Shown here: in pieces, positions 37,818-45,485 of the stretch
Layout of the letters: each line of letters opens with the position of its first letter
Position numbering within the stretch: position 1 is the stretch's first letter
Assembly (NCBI GenBank): GCA_001512545.1
Contig: LFSI01000050.1
Coordinates: 3,204 to 67,203 of the forward strand
Length of the DNA: 64,000 nucleotides
Source of the DNA: Clostridia bacterium DTU065
GTDB taxonomy: Bacteria > Bacillota > DTU065
Direction of reading: 5' to 3'
Notes under the pieces: model-generated
Seen by the model: the letters and a program-made list of their open reading frames with translations, nothing else
What the model was told of the DNA's origin: nothing
Databases searched by the model: none
Program-made: the position numbers and the translations under genes

Positions 37818-39515
37818 CTAATCAGCCTGGGAATCCTTCGGTTTTTCCAGAATCTCCAGTTCCCAAGCTGCATCCCCTTCCATAACATACTCGGTATCCA
37901 GCCTTACTTGAATAGGCGAAAGAGCCTCATCTGTAGAGATCTCGTCGCTGATGATATCGCTGTATGGAGGGTAAAACTCTACCACTATTTGATTATTCTT
38001 CTCTCTATTCATAAACTCTTGAAGTACTTTTTCCCAGTCCAAAGCTTCCTGGCTTACAGGGAGCCCTACGCGTTCTTCTGACTGCAATTCCAGCTTTTCG
38101 GTTACCGAAGGCGCCGGTTCTCCGTAGATGGCAATAGACATCCCCGGGCGAACCATAACTTGGACTCTTCCTGCAGGCAGGTCTTCCGGTATCGGGAGCA
38201 CCACATTGAGAGTCTGGTACTCGCCTCTGAACGGTCGAATCTGAACTTCAATCTGCAGCTCTTCGCCGGGATATACCTGCTTCTTGGTAGGAGTTGCGCT
38301 GACGATTACTGCAGTATGCTTCTCCTCGGTAAAATCTGCTTCCACAAAGACCTCGGAGATCTTGATGTCATAGTAGTCATTGTAGAGCAGGAGATCTAGC
38401 ACCTCTGCAATTTCGTTCAAACTTAGGGCTGCAATATCAGAGTAGGTGTAGAAGTAGTTGGTGCGTACCACCGGATAGGGAAGCCCTTCACCTTTTACGG
38501 TGAACCGCACTTTAGATGTGCCGGCTCCCACTCTGTCGAGACCTCGGTCGAAGCCTTCGAGGACCGTGCTTGCAGCCAGCCGCCCGAAGAGGGTGTTGTC
38601 GGGGATGACTTCCGCTCTGGTGACCACAGTTCTACCTAGATCTTCATCTCTGACCACAACTCGCACAGGCACCATGTTCGGCATCTTCCCAAACGATCCC
38701 AAGATGCCTGCTCCGCGGTCTTCAGTGATGGTGCCTACAGGACCGGTTAAACTGGCAAGCTTGTATGAGGTTGGCTGCCCCTGCAAAGTTGCGTGAACGA
38801 AAACTGATGTAGCCAGGAAAGACGTGCTTCCCCGGTTCAAAATAGTATGGCCGAAGCCTAAAAATCGGCCATCGTCGTAGATTTTTGTTAGGGTTCCGTA
38901 GCTGCCCACAGAGACGTCACCAGACACCAGCTGCACGCCTAAAGCCGATCCGGGAGCCATGTCCTGAGGTATAAAAGGATTAGTGCCACTGAAGGGTCCA
39001 ACGGTAATGTACAGCGGTGTGCCTAGCTGCTTTGAAAGAAACTCCTGGCTTCTCCTTCCGAAACCGCTGGCAAAAAGACGCCCGCTTAAGGGCTTTGCAG
39101 TTATGGAGTCGATCTTCCGTATCTCCGGCTTGATGCCCCGAGATATCGTCAGAATCTGTTCCATATACTCAATTGGGGTAACAAGACCGTAAGCATGGCC
39201 GATATCATCGAAACCGTGACTGATAGCGCCAAGGAGCAAACCGTCGATATACACCGGGCTCCCGCTCATTCCTTCAGACACGCCACCAAGCTCTAGGGCT
39301 TTACCTCCAACTTTAATCATAATATAGTTTTCCACCAAACCTTCACCGGGAATAACTCCGATGATCTCCACAGGAAACTCCTCGATTTCTGTGCCGTAGA
39401 AAACCGTCTTTCCTACACCGGTAAGACCGGGCTTAACATCCTCAAGAGGAAAATTCGCCCCAAAAATCGTGATTGTTATAAGCAAAAATAAAAACAGTAC
39501 TCTCCATCTTTTCAA
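37818..39515 (-). CDS. SpoIVB-like peptidase, S55 family
   Basis: The ORF track starts at 39536 (TTG). The in-frame TTG at 39515 (MKRWRVLFLFLLITITIFGA...) has GAGGTG 6 nt upstream. GMSGSPVYIDGLLLGAISHGFDDIGHAYGLVTPIEYM parallels the B. subtilis SpoIVB catalytic-Ser segment [21 protein letters not shown]...GYGVHIEWM. GSYGTLTKIYDDGRFLGFGHTILN parallels the SpoIVB His segment [24 protein letters not shown]. Both SpoIVB sequences are quoted from memory. Confidence 0.65.
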   Translation of the reverse strand: MKRWRVLFLFLLITITIFGANFPLEDVKPGLTGVGKTVFYGTEIEEFPVEIIGVIPGEGLVENYIMIKVGGKALELGGVSEGMSGSPVYIDGLLLGAISHGFDDIGHAYGLVTPIEYMEQILTISRGIKPEIRKIDSITAKPLSGRLFASGFGRRSQEFLSKQLGTPLYITVGPFSGTNPFIPQDMAPGSALGVQLVSGDVSVGSYGTLTKIYDDGRFLGFGHTILNRGSTSFLATSVFVHATLQGQPTSYKLASLTGPVGTITEDRGAGILGSFGKMPNMVPVRVVVRDEDLGRTVVTRAEVIPDNTLFGRLAASTVLEGFDRGLDRVGAGTSKVRFTVKGEGLPYPVVRTNYFYTYSDIAALSLNEIAEVLDLLLYNDYYDIKISEVFVEADFTEEKHTAVIVSATPTKKQVYPGEELQIEVQIRPFRGEYQTLNVVLPIPEDLPAGRVQVMVRPGMSIAIYGEPAPSVTEKLELQSEERVGLPVSQEALDWEKVLQEFMNREKNNQIVVEFYPPYSDIISDEISTDEALSPIQVRLDTEYVMEGDAAWELEILEKPKDSQAD

Positions 39516-39733
39516 TTCAAACACCTCATTTACCAAAAAGCATTGGACAAATCTTTCCTCTTTCTACTATCAAACAAGCCAGCCTAGTAACTCAACGCTA
39601 CATGAACAATGAGAACTGGCCAAAAACCCTGTTTACAGCGAAAAATACCAGTCTAGTTAATACTTGTGTATTTCTTTTACTAGTATTCCCTTTCCTCCTT
39701 TACTGGCAAACAAACATCTTTCCAGAACAGCGA

Positions 39734-39760
39734 AAAACCCTAGCTGAAGCTAGGGTTTTT
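39734..39760. terminator. Palindromic hairpin (putative terminator) overlapping the stop of the rod-binding-protein gene
   Basis: aaaaCCCTAGCtgaaGCTAGGGtttttt: a perfect 11-bp stem with a 4-nt loop, A-tract on one side and T-tract on the other. On the minus strand it follows the TAG stop at 39750. Confidence 0.5.
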
Positions 39761-40070
39761 TGTAGGTTTGACTGGCTCTAAGCTGGTTGTATAGAGTCTC
39801 GGCAACTCCGAGACCTCGCCCCTGGGAACTGACCTTTGCCAGCTGCTCGATGTACATGTCCTTCCAGATCTTTGACGCCTGGCTTTCTTTGATCAGTTCC
39901 GACTCGGGTACGGTAGCCCACATGGTTTTGAGGAGTTCTTGGGTAAACAGGGTTTCAAACTCCCTGCACGCATTCATCAGATCTTCATCAGTGTACTGCT
40001 TGCCCCCAAGAGACACTGATTTGCTCAATATCGAAACCATGCTAATGTTTTTCGAACTAGTTATCTCCAT
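39750..40070 (-). CDS. Flagellar rod-binding protein (FlgJ N-terminal domain-like; no muramidase domain)
   Basis: 106 aa. ACREFETLFTQELLKTMWATVPESELIKES matches the FlgJ N-terminal rod-binding motif (A-QFE--F---ML--MR-----). It lies directly downstream of flgI. Confidence 0.7.
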   Translation of the reverse strand: MEITSSKNISMVSILSKSVSLGGKQYTDEDLMNACREFETLFTQELLKTMWATVPESELIKESQASKIWKDMYIEQLAKVSSQGRGLGVAETLYNQLRASQTYKKP

Positions 40071-40080
40071 AAAGCAACCC

Positions 40081-41196
40081 TCACATTATCTCCAAAACGC
40101 CGTGAAGGGCACCTGCTTCCTTCATAGCTTGAAGAATAGAAATGATGTCTCTTGGCGTTGCACCGATAGCATTCAGAGCTTCAACTAGGTCCCCAACAGA
40201 GGTAGTTGACTCCAGAACAAATGTGCCTGCTGTTTCTTCTTCGGCGAAGATGTCGCTGTTTTGGTAGGCCACTGTCTGCCCATCGCTAAGGGGAAGGGGT
40301 TGGGAAACATTGGTTTGAGCCCTTACCTCCACCTTTAGTCCGCCTGAGGCAACAGCTACAGAACTGATCTTAACGTCTTCACCGAAGACCACAGTGCCCG
40401 TTCTCTCGTTGATGACTACTTTGGCCACTGAGTCCGGAACAACCCGGAGGTTTTCGATCAGAGAAACAAAAGCTACCGGATCGTCTCTGTAGGCTTCTGG
40501 TATCCTAACCTCTACGGTACCTGCGTCTTTCGGCACAGCGCCTCCACCGACACTCTCGTTGATCACGTATGCGATCCTGCTTGCAGTCGTGAAGTCTTTG
40601 TTGAACAGGCTCAAAGTAATAGTGTCGCCAAAATCATAGTTCACGTCTACAGACTGCTCAACAATAGCGCCGTTGGGAACTCGCCCCACAACGCTCTGGT
40701 TTCTAGAGGAAAGACTGCTTCCGCTCGACACCGAGTACCCGCCAGTAGACACAGACCCTTGGGCTAGTGCATAGATGGTATCTCCTGCAAGCAGCGGTGT
40801 TAGCATCAAGTAGCCGCCTTGCAGGTTTTTGGCATCACCAATAGATGCAACCTGCACGTCGATCATGTCGCCTTCTCTGGCAAAGGGAGGTAGTACCGCA
40901 GTTACCGTCACCACGGCAATATTCCTGCTGGCAAGATCCCTTGAGCTGATCTCCAACCCGTATTTCTGGAGAGTAGCTGCCATAATGGCAGAGCCTGCGA
41001 CGTACCGTGATGAGTCGCCGGTACCGTTCAAGCCGACAACCACTCCCAGTCCCGTCAAAACGTTGGAGCGAACTCCTACAATTCCCGCCAGTTCTTTGAT
41101 GCGCGCTTCAGGCTGGCCTTCAGTCTGACCTAGAACCAGACTGGACAAAAGGCACAGTACCAGAAGAATCGGAGCTAGTTTACGTGCCCTGTTCAA
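40081..41196 (-). CDS. flgI: Flagellar P-ring protein
   Basis: 371 aa. Signal peptide. RIKELAGIVGVRSNVLTGLGVVVGLNGTGDS...RNIAVVTVTAVLPPFAREGDMIDVQVASIGDAKNLQGGYLMLTPL is canonical FlgI. Confidence 0.92.
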   Translation of the reverse strand: MNRARKLAPILLVLCLLSSLVLGQTEGQPEARIKELAGIVGVRSNVLTGLGVVVGLNGTGDSSRYVAGSAIMAATLQKYGLEISSRDLASRNIAVVTVTAVLPPFAREGDMIDVQVASIGDAKNLQGGYLMLTPLLAGDTIYALAQGSVSTGGYSVSSGSSLSSRNQSVVGRVPNGAIVEQSVDVNYDFGDTITLSLFNKDFTTASRIAYVINESVGGGAVPKDAGTVEVRIPEAYRDDPVAFVSLIENLRVVPDSVAKVVINERTGTVVFGEDVKISSVAVASGGLKVEVRAQTNVSQPLPLSDGQTVAYQNSDIFAEEETAGTFVLESTTSVGDLVEALNAIGATPRDIISILQAMKEAGALHGVLEIM

Positions 41197-41208
41197 GACA
41201 AAAACCCC

Positions 41209-41811
41209 CTAGAATAGCCATTCTAACACTCTGCTGATTAGACCTGGATTGGTTTTGTTGTTAATTGCGCCGCTTCCGATCAGTTCGATTTGGGCATCTG
41301 CAAGATAGATAGAGAGAATGGTGTTGTTGGTGGAGATATCCTCTTTGCGGATATAACCAGAAAGAACTATCTCCTGCTCTTCGCCATCGATCTTGATGAT
41401 CCGTCTGCCCTCAATCTTGAAGATATCGTTAGGCAGAATCTCCACAATCTTCGTGGTGATGCTGGTTTGAAACATGTTGTCTTTTGACATAGAACCTGAA
41501 GCGCTGTGCTCCAGTTCTCCAGAGGCACTGATCAGCGGAATGAAGTTCAACAGTCCTCCGCCGGGATTCACTGCAACCGAACCGTCTTTGGAGCCGCTGG
41601 ACGATGCATTCTGGCTGGCCTCTGTTCTCTCGCTAACAACGACTGTGATCAGGTCGCCGATTGCGTACTCTTTAGTATTTTTGAAAAAACTGTAGTTGCT
41701 GAGCTTCCACAGAGATTCACTTGAGGCAAACACTGCCAGTGAAAAGCAGATCAAAAAGACCAAAAATAGCCTTGCAGTTGACCGCTTGTTAGGGAAGGAT
41801 ACTCTCATCAC
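41209..41811 (-). CDS. flgH: Flagellar L-ring protein
   Basis: 200 aa. SLWKLSNYSFFKNTKEYAIGDLITVVVSERTEASQNASSSGSKDGS matches FlgH (SLW...D-RA--VGDILTV-I-E...). It ends ...RVLEWLF. Confidence 0.88.
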   Translation of the reverse strand: MMRVSFPNKRSTARLFLVFLICFSLAVFASSESLWKLSNYSFFKNTKEYAIGDLITVVVSERTEASQNASSSGSKDGSVAVNPGGGLLNFIPLISASGELEHSASGSMSKDNMFQTSITTKIVEILPNDIFKIEGRRIIKIDGEEQEIVLSGYIRKEDISTNNTILSIYLADAQIELIGSGAINNKTNPGLISRVLEWLF

Positions 41812-41834
41812 ACTTCACCACCGTGTATTTTAAC

Positions 41835-42833
41835 TTAAAGCTTCAGCGCTAAAGTTCCATCTTCCTGAACTACGCCCTGAACCTCCGCATTGCTGGCTAG
41901 GTTCCTTGCTCTAACCATTTTCCCCACAACCGCATCCTCCAGGAGCACTACACTGATCTCTACATAGATGCTTCCGGACTTGTAGTAGAGTTTGGTTGTT
42001 TCTCCCTTCAGCTTTACCGGAACCATTTCTATACTGCTTTTTAGAATGATGTCTCCCGGACGCAGTAAGTTCTTGGCCTGGTATTTTTCCAGTTCATAGC
42101 TTGGGAAAAAGCAGTCGTTAGGGTTCAGCGTAAAAACCTGAACTTCTTTTTTCACCCGCAGCTCATCCAGCTGATCTTTGGGTCTGAGCTCCATCTTTGC
42201 AACCAGGACCTCTCCCTCAAAAGCAATGTCCACAGAGATGAGGATGCGCCTGGTGGAACCGCTTTCAAACACAAGGTGCACCGGCACGACCATGCGGCCG
42301 TAAAATGTGTTCCTGAAAGCCCCAAAGTCCACGCTGAGATCCACTACGTTCTCTTTCTCTGCTATCTGTGGGAAGCTTACCAAAGTAAGGCGCACCGCAA
42401 AACCCTCAGGAACCAACCTGGAGATATAAGCGCTGATCTCCTCTTTAACCTCATCCCAAATCCAGCTGTGATCGACTTCTCGAATTACCGCTTCTTCGGT
42501 TTTTGGTTCTGCCAGGCGCAGGACGTCTACTTTGTTCGGTCCGTCTAAGCTTTGAGCTTCTTCGAGGAAACCGTTATGCCTGAGGACGGTAACCACAAAG
42601 GTTTTGTAAACAGGCCTTTTACTCCCTTTGGCAGGAGCGGCAAGCACCGAGATCTCAGCCCATGGCTGATCGTCCGCCTCTTCGATAATGTCTTTCATGT
42701 AGATCTGGTCTCCGGTAACCTCTGCCGTCTCTTTCAGAGTGAGGGCAAAAGAAGCACCAGTTAGAACTAAGATAAGTGCTAGAATCCAAATTGGACGGGG
42801 TATGTGCCCCGTCCAACAACTATGCCTTAACAT
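41835..42833 (-). CDS. flgA: Flagellar basal-body P-ring formation protein FlgA (SAF domain)
   Basis: 332 aa. N-terminal signal-like TM. C-terminal LRPGDIILKSSIEMVPVKLKGETTKLYYKSGSIYVEISVVLLEDAVVGKMVRARNLASNAEVQGVVQEDGTLALKL fits the FlgA/SAF pattern (-G--I------V-RG--V-----G-----G-ALEDG--G--IRV-N--S-K-V-G-V). It sits upstream of flgH-flgI. Confidence 0.7.
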   Translation of the reverse strand: MLRHSCWTGHIPRPIWILALILVLTGASFALTLKETAEVTGDQIYMKDIIEEADDQPWAEISVLAAPAKGSKRPVYKTFVVTVLRHNGFLEEAQSLDGPNKVDVLRLAEPKTEEAVIREVDHSWIWDEVKEEISAYISRLVPEGFAVRLTLVSFPQIAEKENVVDLSVDFGAFRNTFYGRMVVPVHLVFESGSTRRILISVDIAFEGEVLVAKMELRPKDQLDELRVKKEVQVFTLNPNDCFFPSYELEKYQAKNLLRPGDIILKSSIEMVPVKLKGETTKLYYKSGSIYVEISVVLLEDAVVGKMVRARNLASNAEVQGVVQEDGTLALKL

Positions 42834-42845
42834 CTAGAGGCACAC

Positions 42846-43634
42846 CTATCGACGTAGATTATTGGCGGTCTGGAGCATTTCGTCTGCGGCTTGGATGGCC
42901 TTTGAGTTAACCTCATATGCCCTCTGAGCCACGATCATGCTTACCATTTCTTCAACAACTTGCACGTTGCTCATTTCCAAATAGCCGTGGGCTATGGTGC
43001 CAAAACCGTCCAGACCAGGTATGCCTAAAATCGGTTCGCCTGAAGCTGCAGTTGCCTTGTACAGGTTGCGGCCAATGCTCTTTAGACCTGCAGCGTTAAC
43101 GAACTTCACCAGTTCGATCTGCCCAATACTCTGAGGTGTGTCGCTGCCTTTGATTCTAATGGAGATGTTGCCATCTGTGCTGATGGAGATATCGGTAGCG
43201 TCCTCTGGGATTTCCAACTCCGGAGCAAGAGGGAAGCCGTCGGAGTTAACCACTTTACCCTCGCCGTCTCTCTTGAATGCACCGTCGCGGGTGTATGCTA
43301 CCGATCCATCGGGCAGAAGTACTTGGAAGAAACCTTCGCCCTCAATGAGGATATCCAACGGACCATCTGTAGGTTTAAACTCGCCCTGGGTAAAGATCTT
43401 CTGGGTAGAGACAGGTCTTACACCGTGTCCGATCTGAATACCGGTAGGTACCTGAGCTCCTTGAATAACAGGTGTACCGGCAGCGCGAGTTGTTTGATAC
43501 AAGAGGTCCTGGAAATCAATACGGCTCTTTTTGTAGCCGGTTGTATTTACGTTAGCAAGGTTGTTAGCGATATTGTCAATATTGAGCTGCTGAGCGATCA
43601 TGCCCGATCCTGCAGTCCACAAAGAACGCATCAT
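42846..43634 (-). CDS. flgG: Flagellar basal-body rod protein FlgG
   Basis: 262 aa. [36 protein letters not shown]...[37 protein letters not shown] is canonical FlgG. Confidence 0.92.
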   Translation of the reverse strand: MMRSLWTAGSGMIAQQLNIDNIANNLANVNTTGYKKSRIDFQDLLYQTTRAAGTPVIQGAQVPTGIQIGHGVRPVSTQKIFTQGEFKPTDGPLDILIEGEGFFQVLLPDGSVAYTRDGAFKRDGEGKVVNSDGFPLAPELEIPEDATDISISTDGNISIRIKGSDTPQSIGQIELVKFVNAAGLKSIGRNLYKATAASGEPILGIPGLDGFGTIAHGYLEMSNVQVVEEMVSMIVAQRAYEVNSKAIQAADEMLQTANNLRR

Positions 43635-43670
43635 AGGCTAACCCTTCTTTCCTTATGAATTACTTATCAT

Positions 43671-44420
43671 CTAAATATTGGCACCCATGTCATTGATTAG
43701 TCTCTCTAAGCTCTCGTTCTGCGCTTGAATAAGCTTCTGCTCAGTTTCGTAAGTGCGCATTAAGGTAATCATATTGACCATCTCTTCAATAACGTTGACG
43801 TTCGACCTCTCCAGTGCACCCTGCACTACTTCAGCGTCGGCGTCAATCGGCTGAGCATCTTCTCTAACCACAAATCTGCTGTTTCCTTCTTTTACCAGTG
43901 CAGTAGATTCGAAGTTGATAATGCTGAGCCTGTCCACAAATTGACCGCCTTGAAAGATGCTGCCATCGCTTTTGACTTCAACATCTCCCAAGTTCGGGTC
44001 CAGTCTGATGGGGCCGGCCTCGCCAAGCACCCTATCGCCGGTTAGATTCTGCAGATATCCTTCGCCATCGAGCATGAAGTTGCCCTGGCGCGTGATTCTA
44101 GTGCCTTGAGGCGTCTCAAGGACGAAAAACCCGTCGCCGTTGAGTGCGAGGTCGAACACGCTTCCAGTGTTTTCGATCATTCCAGGGGTCATCTTAATCG
44201 GTATGTCAACGACCCCAGCCCCAAGCGGAAGGCGGCCTACCGGCTTTGTTTGTTCTTTGTGCTGTACATTCATTAATACCTCTGCAAAGGTTTGTCCGAT
44301 GACTACATCTTTTTTGTAACCTACGGTGTTTGCGTTTGCCAGGTTGTTGCTGACAACGGCATGTCTTACTTCATCGGCAACCATTCCAGAAGCAGCTATA
44401 TACAATCCCCGGAGCAACAT
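43671..44420 (-). CDS. flgF: Flagellar basal-body rod protein FlgF (FlhO-like)
   Basis: The ORF track starts at 44504. The internal ATG at 44420 (MLLRGLYIAASGMVADEVRHAVVSNNLANANTVGYKKD...) matches rod-protein N-termini and has GGGAGGTG immediately upstream. The C-terminus LERSNVNVIEEMVNMITLMRTYETEQKLIQ is the rod-protein family tail. Confidence 0.8.
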   Translation of the reverse strand: MLLRGLYIAASGMVADEVRHAVVSNNLANANTVGYKKDVVIGQTFAEVLMNVQHKEQTKPVGRLPLGAGVVDIPIKMTPGMIENTGSVFDLALNGDGFFVLETPQGTRITRQGNFMLDGEGYLQNLTGDRVLGEAGPIRLDPNLGDVEVKSDGSIFQGGQFVDRLSIINFESTALVKEGNSRFVVREDAQPIDADAEVVQGALERSNVNVIEEMVNMITLMRTYETEQKLIQAQNESLERLINDMGANI

Positions 44421-44600
44421 CCCACCTCCCGAAAATCTACAAAAATCGGTATGTTTATTGTAAAAAAGTTTTCCATCAGTTAGATTCCTTTTCCTTCCTC
44501 CCATTTCATTATAGGTATAAAGACCTAGTCAAGGGACTATAAAAATCTAATTTTGATTTAATTACCGAATAATTTACCCAAAACGCCTAGTTTGAAACGG

Positions 44601-44876
44601 CTACATCCGGGTCTTCTGCTTCCTCTGGCTAATGTACTTTCTCTTAGTCGCTTCTCCACCACGAATATGACGTTCCGACTTGTTGTGGGCGAGCACCTTG
44701 GAGACCTCTTCATAGAGCTCTTTGTTAATCTTTTCCAGGCGCTCAGTTACGTCTTTGTGAACTGTGCTTTTACTCACATGAAAAACTTCGGCAGCCTGCC
44801 TAACAGTGTGACCTGTACTCAAAAGATACGCTGCAATATCTAAAACTCTTGTGCGTATGTAGTCCTTCATTAACAA
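44601..44876 (-). CDS. spoIIID: SpoIIID-family transcriptional regulator (stage III sporulation protein D-like)
   Basis: 91 aa. MLMKDYIRTRVLDIAAYLLSTGHTVRQAAEVFHVSKSTVHKDVTERLEKINKELYEEVSKVLAHNKSERHIRGGEATKRKY. B. subtilis SpoIIID (from memory) reads MHDYIKERTIKIGKYIVETKKTVRVIAKEFGVSKSTVHKDLTERLPEINPDLANEVKEILDYHKSIRHLRGGEATKLKY. Confidence 0.85.
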   Translation of the reverse strand: MLMKDYIRTRVLDIAAYLLSTGHTVRQAAEVFHVSKSTVHKDVTERLEKINKELYEEVSKVLAHNKSERHIRGGEATKRKYISQRKQKTRM

Positions 44877-44928
44877 AACCCCCTGCCCTTCAGTTAGTAA
44901 TTTATATGAAAGGTCAGGGGGTAATATG

Positions 44929-45447
44929 CTATGGCTGTACTATTTGTACTCCCAGAGGATCCACAGGTTCCCCGTAATGCGTCATTTTCCAATTGATTTC
45001 CGTTCCGTATGCAGCCCCGATAGGCTCGCCTTTCTCAACACTCCCAGAATACAAGTATGCTCTAATGGGCCAGATTTCGCTCCTGTATCCCTGCCCGTGG
45101 TCGATGGTGATTTTTTCGCCAAAGGCACTAACATCCCCAGCCTGCGGTGCGGCTACTTCCGTCCCTGGCTCTAGCTGATATGTTAAAGACGAAGAGAAGC
45201 GCCAGGTTGAAGTGCTTGGGAATTCGGTCCACCCGAAGCTATTTTTGGGAACACTGCTGGCAAGAACATACACGGCATCTCCTACTTCTTGGGTAAGAGC
45301 GTCGCCAAGTGGAGCGTCCTCTACAGGCACTTGGGGTTTGTCTAACGCTATGGCCAGAAGTATTAGTAAGATAAACGTTATAACCAGCCCACCTCGATTC
45401 CACATGAGCATCAACTGTCTTCTAACTTTGAGTAACACAAAGACCAC
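44929..45447 (-). CDS. Membrane-anchored degenerate M23/LytM-domain protein (SpoIIQ-like; catalytic His/Asp residues absent)
   Basis: 172 aa. N-terminal TM (GGLVITFILLILLAIAL). The LytM core APQAGDVSAFGEKITIDHGQGYRSEIWPIRAYLYSGSVEKGEPIGAAYGT follows the M23 pattern (A---G-V-F-G---G--V-I-HG-GY-T-Y-HL----V--G--V--G--IG--G-TG). The upstream H-x3-D motif is replaced by FSSSLTY, and the HxH motif is replaced by INWKMTHYGE. The gene lies directly upstream of spoIIID, as spoIIQ does in clostridia. Confidence 0.55.
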   Translation of the reverse strand: MVFVLLKVRRQLMLMWNRGGLVITFILLILLAIALDKPQVPVEDAPLGDALTQEVGDAVYVLASSVPKNSFGWTEFPSTSTWRFSSSLTYQLEPGTEVAAPQAGDVSAFGEKITIDHGQGYRSEIWPIRAYLYSGSVEKGEPIGAAYGTEINWKMTHYGEPVDPLGVQIVQP

Positions 45448-45485
45448 CTCCTAGACTAGTTTGTCCAAGTTGCGGTCTTTTTAAC

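Noticed and set aside
44508-44532. SigA-like promoter TTGACT-N13-TATAAT upstream of flgF (minus strand)
   Set aside because: The hexamers are good, but the 13-nt spacer is far from the 17-nt optimum. flgF may instead be read through from spoIIID or use a SigD-type promoter. I record it only as a weak candidate.
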